Assembly (NCBI GenBank): GCA_965645245.1 | Contig: OZ287071.1 | Location: 2,294,001 to 2,358,000 of the forward strand | Direction of reading: 5' to 3' | From: Massalongia carnosa | Taxonomy: Eukaryota | Length of the DNA: 64,000 nt | Shown here: one piece after another, positions 14,258-27,094 of the stretch | Position numbering within the stretch: the first letter of the stretch is position 1 | Layout of the letters: each line of letters opens with the position of its first letter | Program-made: the position numbers and the translations under genes | The notes under the pieces: generated by a model | Told to the model about the DNA's origin: nothing | The model's input: only the letters and a program-made list of their open reading frames with translations | Databases searched by the model: none

Positions 14258-14974
14258 ATGCCGCCGCCACCCCCAGAACCCCTCCCTTCCCTTTCCACTC
14301 CTCCATCCACAACCGCCGCACCCGCTTCTTCCCAACTCCCATCATCATCTCCGCCGCCACCACCACCAACGCCCTTTCCCCTCCGACCTCTAGCCCTCTC
14401 CCTGCTAATTGCATGCCCGATTCTGATCCTCCTCCCGCCTCGAAAACTCGATCTTTACACCTTCTCGCTCAGTACCGCGTGGGCCGTTAGTGCGGGGCAG
14501 CTTTTCGGTGTTCCGGGTGTTAAGTCGGCGAGTTTGGGAGCTGGGAGTGGGAATGGGGGGATCGGTGGAGCTAGAAGTGGCAGCGGCAGAGGTGCGGACG
14601 AGGAGCAGAAGCAAGAGCAAAATTCTATAGGAAGAGATATACAAGCCCTCCTCAAAGAACCTTTACGCTCCACCCCAAGAACCGATACAAAACTCCCAAT
14701 CACTACCCCATCCTCATCCTTACCTAGACCCACCCCCACAACAGCCGAAGACGAACCCCCCTTAGGCGGAATCCTGGCCATGGCGCAAAAAATCTGGATG
14801 GGCGATGAGGGGCCCGGGTGGCGAGAGCGGCGCGCGAGGGAGGACCGCAAGGCGTTGGAGGAGGGGGGATATGCGGGGTTGATTGGGGAGAGGATTGTGG
14901 AGGTTTTTGGGGGGAGAGGTAGTACGGGGGAGGAAGGGGGGGAAGAGAGAGAAGGGGGTGGAGAGGGAGAGTGA
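14258..14974 (+). CDS. Hypothetical fungal membrane protein with LLPPRKLDLYT motif
   Basis: 238-aa ORF: Pro-rich N-terminus, hydrophobic segment followed by PPRKLDLYTFSL, C-terminal KIWMG.E..GWRE.R..E...LEEG.Y..LI.E.I.EV block that looks conserved. Confidence 0.7.
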   Translation: MPPPPPEPLPSLSTPPSTTAAPASSQLPSSSPPPPPPTPFPLRPLALSLLIACPILILLPPRKLDLYTFSLSTAWAVSAGQLFGVPGVKSASLGAGSGNGGIGGARSGSGRGADEEQKQEQNSIGRDIQALLKEPLRSTPRTDTKLPITTPSSSLPRPTPTTAEDEPPLGGILAMAQKIWMGDEGPGWRERRAREDRKALEEGGYAGLIGERIVEVFGGRGSTGEEGGEEREGGGEGE

Positions 14975-15319
14975 TGTGGGGAAGGAGACAAACAATGTGG
15001 AGGAAACTGCGAAGAGGGAAGAGGGGGTTCAAGAGAGGGCGGAGAGTTAAGTGACCGCTTTGCTCACCACTTTTCCACTTTCTTATGTTCCTCGTTGACT
15101 TGAGGTTTGAGGGGGAGAGATCTGCCGCTTGGGCGTCGTTCATTTCTTTTCTTTCCAACACGCCCTTAGCTCGGCCATCTCTTCGTCTCGCGACCTCTCG
15201 GAATCACACACAATCCAGGGCTTGGATCTGGACACCCTCATCTGCTCAATCGCTCTCAAATCCTCCCCAACAAGCCAAAAACCCGAATATCCAGTAGCCA
15301 GCATTCATCCAGCTCATAA

Positions 15320-15898
<579 letters not shown>

Positions 15899-16834
15899 TA
15901 GTAGAAAGGCAGAATTATGCAGCCGCAAGGAACGAACGGGGCTGGCTGGTAAGCGGGGAGAGATGGAGAGAGACGGATGGATGGGATGGATGCACGCATG
16001 TGGGGGGCCAGTTTAGCAGATAAGAGGAAAGAAACGGAAAGATTATGTATGTACGGAGTACGTAAGATACAAGGATTAACTTTTACAAATCCTACCCCAT
16101 ATATTCCTTTCATTCCTTTCGTTCCTTGTTTATACTCAAGACCTCTATCCCGCTTTTGTTTTTCTATTTCCCAATACTAAAGTATCCTAAGAAACCCCAC
16201 CCCCTCTTTCTTATCCTTCTTGTTTTTAGTTTTCATTTAACTTTTTTATCAAGAGAACGATCGTTTCTGGTAATAATCAAGTAAAAAGTCGCTTGAGAGC
16301 TAGGAAGAGGGGTTTTGCTTGTAGTTTTTTTTGGACGTAAGATAATGGGAGAATAGGAGAAGAAAAAGTACAGTTTTTATTTTTATTTCTAAAAGACGGA
16401 CGGAAGCGAGTAAATGAGTGGCTGAGCGGATTAAACAAAAGATTGTTTATGGACGAAAATTGAAGGGACGGAGAGAATGATCGAAAGAAAAAATATAAAA
16501 AAGCACGCACGATAAAAATGAGAAAGAGCGAGCAGGGCGCATTTCGTTTCATATACCTACCTACTACCTATCGTACATCCTACCCCCCCTTGGGATTTGA
16601 CAGCCGAAACAGGCCCACCCATTCATTCCCATCCCAGTGCTGAAGCGGTGCGTTTAATGTTCGGAAGCGCAGCATGGAAAAGAGGAATGAACATGTTGAT
16701 AAAGTAGGAAAGGGAGAAAAGAAAAGAAAAGGACGACGAGCCAGGCCGTTATCAGAATAGGCCATGCAATAAAAATCCCTCATAATCCTTACATTCATGC
16801 GATCATGACGTTCGGCTTCGAGTCCCCTTCCAAA

Positions 16835-19800
16835 TCACGTATAAACATCCTCCGTAAACGCATTCAGCCCCATTCCCTCCTTGGCAATATCCTCCTTGAT
16901 CAAAAACAGCAACGGCATTTCCACCAGCGTGCCCCGCACCCGACTTAGTAGGTCCTTCACCTCCACCATCCCCTGGGGGCCTGGCGAAAAATTCTCCGCC
17001 ACGACGTGTCCCAACCGATATTTCGGCGGCGGCGGCGGCTTCTTGGCCCCCTCTTTCCCCTCGGCTTTTTCTTCGTGGAAGAACTTCTCATAAAAGGCGT
17101 CGTAATCTTTCCACGTACGCACGTCGTCGTGAGGGACCGGGTGGAAGATTTTCCCAAACACATCTGTGTTCTGGCGCGCGCGTGTGTTCCAGAGCGCTAG
17201 GAAATGGTCTGAAAGTGGATCGGCTACCAGCTGGTCCTCTAGAGAGCCGAAGTCGTACACGTTTGGCACCCCAATGGGCTCAAAGTTTGCGTCCGGGCGC
17301 TGCATATCCTGCAAAGGGATCAAGCCGAGGTGTTTGCGGAATAGGTATCGCCGAAGCGTAGCCGCGAATTTCGAGGCGCGGTAGGGACGACCATTCATGC
17401 TTGAGTCTATGGTGGTGGGATCTTCGACGATGATGGCAATTTCCGAGTCATGATCGCCAAGCTGAGAGCGGTCATTTAAGTTGGCGGAACCGCAGATAGC
17501 GACTCGGTCGTCTGCGATAAGGACCTAAAGTCTGCTTAGCAAGAAAAATATAGCAGGCTGGTTCCCTTACCTTGGAGTGTACGTAGAGTTCTTCGCTGAC
17601 GAAAGCGTCCATTTCGGAGACATCCCCGCCCTCCCATGGGACCTGCCGGATGTCGGCCCCCCCCAGCATATAGCATTCGCTGACACTATCCCACCGACCC
17701 GTTCCCAGACCTTGCCTATCCGGGATTGTTCCAGCAGCCTGCTGATACTGTTGGTAGTTTTGATTGCCCCCATACCCTGATAGTTCCGCAGGACGCTCGA
17801 CCAGTGTATCATGCTCCCTTCGAGCCTCTTCGTAATCTACCCCACTTCTCTGCACTGCCTCCTGAAATGCGGCGCTTCGATTTATGCGGTCATAATTCCG
17901 AAGGTTGTAGAACCGGATATATTCAGTAGGATCGAATCCTGCATCTCGAATTACTTCCATAATGCTATGGCCTCCACGATTAATCGAATTGTACTGAAAC
18001 TCCATAATCGCTCGAGTCCCCAAGCTGGCATCGTCCTTTAGATCACCGGCGAATGCAGGGACAGCAGGCATAACAACAATGACCTTGTACTTTTCCCCCG
18101 CTCTGGCGGCCCGGAGGATTCTTTCAACAATTGCAGCTCCGATTTTATTCTTGATTGGCTTCTGTGCGTCCGACGTTGCTGTAATGAAGAACTGGTTCTC
18201 GATATAGACAAAATGCTGAGAGTTCTGGATGACATTGATATATGCATTCGCGATTGAATGCTCCGTAGGTACGCCATGGCTCCATTTGGTACAGCTTCTG
18301 ACTATCTGGCAAAGCATACCACCCTCCGGGTTTCCATGGCGATGGGTTCGATGTTCGACATATCGTGATTCCATATGTTGTACGCCAGAGTGCAAATGGC
18401 CACGAATCGCGTCAGCTTCATCATCTAAACCCACTTCCTCCAATCGCTGATGAAGGTGGTGATGTCCTGCAGAGGCTGGTCGGGAAGATTCTAAGCCACG
18501 TGTACTACTCTGTTCGTCGAAACCGTCAAGACCACGGCTACCTGGTGGAGGTGCAAAGGATTGAGCTTGGCTTGAAGTTGGTCTGGGCGGTTCAGGAGAG
18601 TAGCCTTGGTATGTTGCTGGCGGTGGCGGCAGGTATTGACTTGGTTGACCTGACCCCGGTGGTGATGGATAATAAGCAGCTTGGCCTGAGGATTGCGTTG
18701 GGGGTGGCGGTGGCGGATAGTAGGAAGAACTTGGTCGAGACGCCTGTTGAGGCTGCCCATAAGGTTGATACGCAACACCCTGGGCTATTTGCTCTTGTGC
18801 TATAGCGCTAGGCGCGGCAGCCGCACCAAATTCTTGTTGCCTGAACGTGAGCCTTGAATATCTAACGTCCTGTCTTACGTTATATTTCTCATTGTAGATA
18901 AAGTTCCAGCGTTCGACAAAATGCAACTGCAATTCTTCGACGATGGGGCCACGCAAGCTAACCGAGACGTCTGACCAACCCATCCGTGAACTATCCTTAC
19001 GTGGGAGTTTATTGTTCTGCCAATGCGCAACATCCTGGAAATCCATAATTCTAGCATTGTTAAAGTCTTGGCCAGGGAACACGCTAAGATCGAGATTGGA
19101 AGGATGACAATCTGCGATGGGATGTTGATTGGTGTCCCATCGGCCATAACAGAGATCCAGACCACCCATGAAAGCAATATTGCCGTCTATTAGACATAGT
19201 TTCTCGTGATGAGCCCAATATAATATAACACCTTCATTGATACCATATATGGCCTTTAACGCATCCCCAGGTAATTGCGACGCGGTCTTCGCTGTGATGG
19301 AGAGATTCTGCAGAGAGGACATGAAAGACGATTGGAGAGTCTGAGCATCTGGGAGATGATCTGGATGTCGGAAGACTGATATATTTGGATGGAGGTTCTC
19401 CAGCGCATGCTTGGTGTGGCTTGAACAGACTGGGATAATTGGGGCAATCAGCAGATTCTCTGCCTCCAAAAGCTCAAGAGATGCAAATGTTGCAGCCAAG
19501 CCCAGACGGCTGAGGGCTGATGTGAACCGATCGGTGGTATGAGGAAGAAGGGAATGGAGGTACTTCGGGAGGGTTGGAGATAGATACTTACGTGTGAGTG
19601 CTTGGGTGACCTCCTTATACACGATGATGTTGACTTTAACCCCTCTCTGGGCAGCTGCTTGTAGCATGCGGTCTATCCGGTACGGCTCATGTTTTGAAGG
19701 AGGACGTCGAAGGTATAGTTCGGGAGACAGCCACCCTAACTTGATCAGCACTGGGTGGATCGTATCTGCTGCATGATGAAACTGGCGGACTGGCTACAGG

Positions 19801-20438
19801 GCTGAGTAGCATAAGAGCTTTGAACTATCAAGAATCAAACCGACCCAGAAGTGAAGAGAGGTGTATATAAGGCGATCTAAGTGTCGAAATTTGGGCGCAG
19901 ATGTTTCGTACATAAAGTTTACCCCTTCCATGAAACTAGGAAACAACTTACAATCAAGAATCCAGATGGATTCCTTCGCTTGCTCCAGAGCCCTCGAAAC
20001 TGCCCACATATATCCACAACCGTCCACATACCATTTCACATCGTTGCCAGCTTTTTGTCCAGCAAAGCTGCCGTATCGATGTTGAGAGTTGTCCTGTGTT
20101 CCCCCAGTCACACTAGCGGAAGCATCTGAAACCGGTCGTCCGGAAAATTTCTGAGTGAGTTCCGAACCAAGGCCATGCACAGCTCCATGAAGCTTCTCGA
20201 AGAGTGAAGAGCCTAGGCCGGGAGCTGGCTGTGGAGCACCACCTGATGGAGGGGCATTTGGACCATAACCCGGGCCTTGAGCATCCGGTTGGTATTTATT
20301 ACGAAGCTTGCGGAAAGTATCTCCAAGAAAGCCTCTCTCGCCAGCTGGATATTCTTCATCTGCTTCGTTCTCTTGTGCCTTCTGTCCCTCATGATATTCG
20401 CCATATGCTAGGTGATCGTCGTGAGATTTCCCTGCCAT
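16835..20438 (-). CDS. Phospholipase D (two HKD motifs, fungal PldA type with no evident PX/PH domain), introns 19951-19736, 19591-19430 and about 17570-17525
   Basis: VKWYVDG..Y, WILDWWLSPELYLRRPP, WAHHEKLCLIDG..AFMGGLDLCYGRWD, YIENQFF, spliced [35 protein letters not shown], C-terminal VRGTLVEMPL.FL. Confidence 0.93.
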
Positions 20439-20873
20439 GATAGCCAATGATGAGACGCGGAGCAGCAAGATAGATAGTCCAAAGGTTTAGAGACGCATTG
20501 CTATCGCTGGGCTTGACTTGCAAGGTAGCTGTTGTATTCTACTCTGTTGTTGATAACGAGGTAGTTAAGATTCGACGCACTAGCCACCCGTGCCACCGAT
20601 CGATCCGTCAGCCCTACGTTGAGTGTGCGTAAATTCTCACGGTTGAATGTGATTGGCTCAATTACTCCTTATCGTATCAACCCCACCATTTCCCCTCCGA
20701 TCCGCCACTTCCGCCACCTCCGCCACGAGACTGACGACATCGTTAAACCCCAATAGCTTCCCTGATGAAATGCTCTCCGTTCTTTCAATGCTTTGCCTTT
20801 CCGTATCAACATCGAATTTCTCCATAAAGAACAAACACTGGAAGCTCAACCACAAACGCTAAGCATTGTCAAA

Positions 20874-21456
20874 ATGGCCAATATCGCTACTTTAGATGCA
20901 AGCAAACACCACTAAACTAAGACCTATTCGCAAAGCTAACTTGTTTAGAGCGCTCTGGCCGATCACCTTCCTATTTATTCCACAAATCTTTTTGAAGCCA
21001 AAGTCGAAAAAAAGCTTACTTTTGAAGCGATCGCAAAAGAGCTCGGCCGTGACGAAGTAGCCGTCGCTGCCATCTTCTATGGCCAAGCGCGAGCGTCGCC
21101 CGAAGATGTCGAAAAACTTGCCTTAGTCTTAGGAATCGAGCAACAGAACCTCGAGGTACTTCTTGCAGGGTTCCCATTTCGAGGACACTCGATGGACATG
21201 CCGCCCAAGGAGCCCTTGATCTACCGGATATTTGAAATAGTGCAGAACTATGGATATGCGTACAAGGCGATTTTGAACGAGAAGTTTGGCGATGGCATTA
21301 TGAGTGCAATTTCATTCTCGACCAAGGTGGAGAAGGAGACGGATAAAGATGGGAACGCTTGGGCAGTTATCACCTTGCGGGGGAAATGGTGAGCTGTGAT
21401 TTCCGTATACAACTGGTTTAGCTAACTTGTATAGGCTACCATATTCGCGATTTTGA
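20874..21456 (+). CDS. cyn1: Cyanate hydratase (cyanase), exons 20874-20897, 20949-21388, 21435-21456
   Basis: [34 protein letters not shown]...[40 protein letters not shown]...[14 protein letters not shown]. Confidence 0.95.
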
Positions 21457-21899
21457 AGTCAGATTTGTATTCTTAATCAACCGTATAGAGCTGTGGCTGG
21501 ATTAAGAAGCCTTGAATTTGCAGCCGTTGAGCTGCTGTAGTCGATAATATTCATGGTTCTTCGTAGGTCTTGATTTCCTTACGCAAAAATATGAAGAGTG
21601 TTGGTCCGTTGTCAATGTTCGAATACTTTTTCTTGTTAATGATTTCTGCCAAAATTCTAGGCGCGCGATTTTGTGCAGCTTTCTTGATTAGGGTTATTAT
21701 CCGCGAAGTCTGCAAAGTTGATCGCCACGTTGATCCGCGCCTTCTCTACATTTATTCACGCTAAAATCTTGGAAGTTATAACCCGAGCATTTTATGTTTA
21801 CTTCGGGATCTTTACGAGACAGGTAAATGGATTTACCCACTGTCTTGTTGACACCATGTACTTATCTTCACAACGCATCCAGATTGCCAAGATATCACA

Positions 21900-22379
21900 A
21901 TGGGGCAATCGAAATCCAAGATTTATTCGAATGCATCCACCAAGCTGGTTGAACCTCCACAAACTACCCCGTGCCAAGAAATCTCCACTCCAGCGCAACC
22001 TCGCCACCTAACCCGCATCTCCGAGCTGATCGACCTAGACGAGCTCTTCTACGAGGAAGAACCTAGCACTACCACTTCCCCCGAGTCGAACGGGAGTCCT
22101 TATTCTTCATCTCCATACACCAATCGGCAATCAAAACGCGTCATCGTGCAGTCTCCTTCCGGAAGTATCTTATCCCCGCATGAGTACATGCAGAGGCCGG
22201 ACCGGAAGATGACGCTCGAGGAGCGGAAGGAGCTTATTCGATCCAACACGCGGTCGCAGATTCAGTTAAGGGAGGCTTATAGTGCGAGCGAGGTGAAGGG
22301 CGCTGAGGGGTTGGGGAGGAAGAGAGGCGGAGGCAAGAAGAAATGGAGGGAATGTCGTTTGGGCTTCTGGGGCCTTTGA
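21900..22379 (+). CDS. Hypothetical protein with N-myristoylation-like start
   Basis: 159-aa ORF MGQSKSK..., TRISELID, SPSG.IL...EY..RPDR.MTLEERKE.IR and a basic C-terminus. Confidence 0.65.
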   Translation: MGQSKSKIYSNASTKLVEPPQTTPCQEISTPAQPRHLTRISELIDLDELFYEEEPSTTTSPESNGSPYSSSPYTNRQSKRVIVQSPSGSILSPHEYMQRPDRKMTLEERKELIRSNTRSQIQLREAYSASEVKGAEGLGRKRGGGKKKWRECRLGFWGL

Positions 22380-23307
22380 GACAGGAGGTGGAGTATGTGC
22401 AAGATACGTATGGAGCAATGAGGAGAAGATTTTTATGTGGCGTCGATTTCGGTGCATAAGGAGGGAGATCACGCTTTGGCTGGACTTCTCATCCTGCTTC
22501 ATGCATTGACTAAATATGAAAGGTGGTAGGATCTTGTACAGGCGCAATACATGCTCATCAAGATGCGTTTTTACGACCAACCAAATAAACCGAGAATTCT
22601 CAAACGATCATCTTCACAAAACGCAACCATTAACGCGAAATGTCATAGAAGTCCGAGCTGTACCTTCACGATCGACCTGAGAAGCTACCATTGTCCCCAC
22701 AAGTGCCTGACATAGAAGAATTTTCCGTGGCTCTTCCGGGTCACCACCAAAGGACCTAGACTATCGATGCATTACCAGCATGCTCTCCTCCGTTCTTTTA
22801 CCATTGCCTCCCTTAGTGTCTCATTCACCACCAGGGCCGACTTTTCTATTCGTGCCTGTACTTTCCTCGTTCCGTCGCGCGATGTGCCGAACCATTCACT
22901 TCTCCAGTCATTCAAGGTTGCACCTTCCCTCAAGTTATCTTATGTTTTGCTTACAAGACTTATTTCCGATCTCAGAGTCATCAAAACTTCCTCGTTATGT
23001 ACGCCGTGGTAGCTTAACTACAGTAGCCAAGCTTGTTTTGCTTCTGCTCTTGCGGTTCTCTGGTTACAAGCTTCATCATATATGTCACCCTGCACATACT
23101 ACAGTGTCTTACAACACTACCTTCTACTCATATATCATACTACATGTTATTGCTCCTATACCAGCAAGTCCTTCGGAACCGGCTTCAGAAGTATCATCTG
23201 CTTTACAAATACCGCATCTCTTCAACCCTTTACCGTTTGTCGTCAGTCTCAGATAACTCTTCATCATTAAGCACGCTCAAGACAATAAAACCTCGTGAAC
23301 CAATCCA

Positions 23308-24582
23308 ATGACTACTACAGCGCAACCATGCATAGCCTCACATAGTTTCAGGAACAACAACCCTGACCAAAAAAAATCTGGCGAGACCTCTACATCCGCC
23401 TCCATAGATGATCTAAATGTCAATATGGAGAATCTGAGATTTATGCATCCCCTGGAGCGAGAATACGAAGAAAAGTTTGCCACCTACATGTCAATCTTCG
23501 GCCAGGCCCTCACGGTCGTGGGCGTCCCCTTCATGACTTTTTCAGAAGCAGTGGATCCCTTGGCACCCGCCGCCCCTAGATCAGCTTTCCTGTTTGCATT
23601 TCGAATCTGGGCGGTATGGGTCGTCACAGTTGTGTTTTTCGGAATGGCATGTTTCATTGGCTTTGGCGGCTACAATTCCTTCTCCACTGATCGCTACGCC
23701 TATGACCCCGCCGCCTACAAACGGACCAGGGCAAGGACAGCAGCTATGATGCCGAACCTGGAACCTTGCCACTCACACCGGCTGCGCAATTGGATCCTAA
23801 CGGTATTTGTAGCTAAGTTCGTGATTGCAATGTGCCATAGTCCGCTCTTGGAGAATTCAACCAGAAATTTGGCACCCGGAGAGGCAGACCCACCCACGCC
23901 ATGGGGTAATCTGAAACTCCATTCCGTTGTCTTCCATGCGCTCACACAGTTCCTGATGTTCGTCATCATCCCTGAAATTATCCTTTTTGTCTTCCTTACC
24001 GAGGGCATGCATTTTTATCTACAGCGGATTAAACCGCAGGTGCGAGTGTCCGAGGAAGGGATTACCCCCGCGCGCGACATGCTACAAATGGTCAACGCGG
24101 TGGAGCTTCCAGAGGCAGCGGAAACTCCATCGGTAATCGATCCGGGTACTGTCGAATCCTGCATCAGCAACTCTCAAATCCTTCCCCCTTCTCCGGAGCT
24201 TCAGTCCGCGCCAGAAGGAAAACTGGCCTTGAGATCCCTCGAGAAAGAGGCCATAGAGATGGCAAGGGCTTCGTCCTATGATTCGGATTCATTGCCTTCT
24301 GGCTCCGTGTTCGTTAATATCCCGCCTATAACAGCTTCAGCTTCACTCTCTGCATCATCCCCTCATCATCATCATCCTCCCACGTCCCCACCTTCGCGGG
24401 AACCACGACGAGGCTCTGAATGCTCCTCCACAAGGGAATTTTCCGAGGCGGTAGAAATCCCATTGGAAGCTAGGAACTCTTTGGATCCGGATCCGGATCC
24501 AGGCTCGGATTCGGGTCTCAAACCACCAGATACCCTACTGCTTATCCCAGCATCTCCTATTCGGGATTTGGCTACAGCTTGA
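23308..24582 (+). CDS. Hypothetical membrane protein (about 4 TM) with disordered Ser/Pro-rich C-terminus
   Basis: 424-aa uninterrupted ORF with four hydrophobic stretches. No family recognised. Confidence 0.65.
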   Translation: MTTTAQPCIASHSFRNNNPDQKKSGETSTSASIDDLNVNMENLRFMHPLEREYEEKFATYMSIFGQALTVVGVPFMTFSEAVDPLAPAAPRSAFLFAFRIWAVWVVTVVFFGMACFIGFGGYNSFSTDRYAYDPAAYKRTRARTAAMMPNLEPCHSHRLRNWILTVFVAKFVIAMCHSPLLENSTRNLAPGEADPPTPWGNLKLHSVVFHALTQFLMFVIIPEIILFVFLTEGMHFYLQRIKPQVRVSEEGITPARDMLQMVNAVELPEAAETPSVIDPGTVESCISNSQILPPSPELQSAPEGKLALRSLEKEAIEMARASSYDSDSLPSGSVFVNIPPITASASLSASSPHHHHPPTSPPSREPRRGSECSSTREFSEAVEIPLEARNSLDPDPDPGSDSGLKPPDTLLLIPASPIRDLATA

Positions 24583-26252
24583 TTGCGCGCAACCTTGGGC
24601 GAAGCAGGAGAGAGCGAGGCAAGTGGGGAAGGCGGTGGTGATGGGGAGATGGTTTGCAGGTTGGGGGGTTTGGGGGGATGAGCAGAGAAAGTTTTTGTTT
24701 CCTGAGGAAGGGAGGGATGGTGGGTTTTTGGCGGTTGGAGAGGAAGAGGGAGAGGGAGAGAAGGGGGGGGTGGTTACGCATAATTACTTTGAGCGGAAAG
24801 ATTTTGAGATCTTGGAAGGGGGGGATTTATGGGTTTAGGAGTGCCTCTTACTTTGTTTTAAGATAGGTAGTCTTTTGTCATTATTACTTCGTTAAGTAGA
24901 TTGTTGGGTTTTTGAGGATTTTGGGGGGAAGATATTTGAATTTTCGATTCTTGTCTCCCGGCTTCACTTTAAGTATATTTCGGTATTTATTTAATTCATG
25001 TTTATATATCTCCTCTTCTTGGTTTCATCTTCTTTCTTTCCTCCCATCTCCCTTTCTTTCTCTTCAGCTTTCTCCTTTCTCTGATTCCCCTTCCTCTCCA
25101 TTTCATTTTTTTTTCGACGTCAGTTTTGGTAGCCGGTTTCAGTTTCAGTTTCGGTTTTGGAGACCGGAGATCGGGGATTGGGGGTTAGAGGTTGGAGCTC
25201 AAAGAGGGGAGATTGAAGGGTTGAAGAATCCAGAGACTGGAAGATGAGGTTGAGGACTTGAGGTGTAGATACATACAGCAGCACCGGGAGGGGGTGAAAT
25301 GAGAGAATGGGAAACGAAAACGTAAGCGGAATGCAGGAATGAGAGATGGGAAAGAAAGGGGAAAGGGAAGTAAGGGGTCATGTTAGAAAGGAGGAGGGTT
25401 TTACATGGATTTTTTGATGGGATGGAATGGTGTACATTGGCTTAAGGAATGTAGGGCTAAGAGGCTAAAGGACATGATATGATATGATATATGGGGTGAA
25501 TAGACAATTGAACTTGAACTTGGACTTGGAGCTTGAGTTAATGCGTGGAAGAAATCTATACGTGTACTTATGTACATACAAGGCCTAGAGCCATTTGAAT
25601 AATAAAAAGAGACTCGTGAAACGAATATGAATATGATACTTTCATTCTTGAATTCGTCAAGTGAAACTTTATCAGAAGTTTTTTATGGATTTCTTTTTGA
25701 TTTTTGATTTTGTAAAAATATAACCTGGGTTTGAAACAGCAGAATGGAGGTGAGATGATGAGGACGAGGAAACGAAATGAGAGATGGGATGGGATTAAAA
25801 GATGCAGCAATGATGAAAAAAGGGAAATGGAGAAAGAAAAGATACGTACAAGAAATAGAGTGATCCCTTCGGTTTTTTGGCAATAACTAGCTATCTAAAA
25901 AATCTCTCGCGATATGAACTCACTATAAGATGCACCGGTATTCTATAGTTCTCAATCTCCCATGACCATACAAACCGTCCGAGTTATCTACAATACTCAA
26001 AACCAGCGTCCGAAAATCGACTGAGGGGTCTCAAGGAAAAGATGCCGCTTTTCTCTCCCCCCCCCCGGGATGTGCACGATCCAGTCTCGTCGCGCAGTCT
26101 GCTGCTGCTACTACTGCGCCGAATAGTTCCCGGGGCGCTTGTATGCTAGAATCGATTGACTACTTGATTGATAGGTTGATGACAGCCCCAAAGCGTTGCT
26201 GCTAAATAGGGGAGGATTTCGACGTCCATTGTCAAACGACGAGAAGACAAGA

Positions 26253-27094
26253 TCAGTGTCGTATCGGATTCTCATCACACCCGTAGGCTATTTGGACTCC
26301 TCTTGTCTAATTTTGCAGGTGCATTAGCATTCGCTGTCACAAACCCCCTTAGGGCCCCTTTAGGGAGGAAATTAGAGAGAAGCACAGGGATTATGGAGCG
26401 TTCATAGCGCGAGAATAACGTACATCTACTCGGGACCAAATACAGCAGACCTGTTCGCCTGCTGCTGGCTGACACAGGACTCGACATATTGCAAACGAGA
26501 CTGGCAGGTACGAACGCTTGTTAGCAACGATTTTGCCACTTGTATGCGATTAAGTCGGGGGTTTGGGAAGAAGATGCTTGCATACATGGCGTACAATACC
26601 GCCGCGCATACCCAAGCTCACCAGAAACTCAAATATGAAATCTTCTGGCCTGCTTTGCAGCAGAAGGCGGTTTTGGGCTTTTTGCACACGTTCAACGGCG
26701 TTCCCCTGATCCCCTTCCAATCAGGCCAGTCTTCTTCTTCTTCCACTCGCGGTTTACAGTACCTAGCCAGCTTTTCGAATGGATACCATCGCTTGTTATG
26801 GGTAGAGAGAGAGGAGCCATCGGGAGAACAGTCGTCTTTAACCAAGGCAATGGGACTAGACGAGTGGATTATTGGGTTGCTCGTATCGGAGAAGGAAGGC
26901 GTTTCGGATTCCGGCGTGGCGGCTATCGTATCCAAGTTCAGACCAGTAGACAATCCATCGGAAAAGATGCTAAAATCTTTCGTCTCGTTGTCGTCCGAGC
27001 TGTCTGGATCGAGGAAATCTTCACTCGGAGACAAAGAGCTCGTAACAATGATGAAGCAAGGCAGAGCAAGGAAAATCCAGAAGAATGAGCGCAT
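26253..27094 (-). pseudogene. Secreted Cys-rich protein paralogous to 5867-6674, exons 27094-26586, 26500-26424, 26306-26253, with a 1-nt frameshift near 26621-26632
   Basis: Signal peptide MRSFFWIFLALPCFIIVTS, KR site and C-x7-CC. The +1 frame continues SGELGYARRYCTP|FSFAICRVLCQPAAGEQVCCIWSRVD|TRGVQIAYGCDENPIRH* using GTATGC/GTACGT donors and GCTAAC/GCTAAT branch sites. Confidence 0.7.

Noticed and set aside
26500..26622. Stwintron explanation for the frameshift in the secreted paralogue
   Set aside because: Excising GTGAGC..CAG would create a poor external donor (GTCTCG) and discard the conserved Cys-containing exon.
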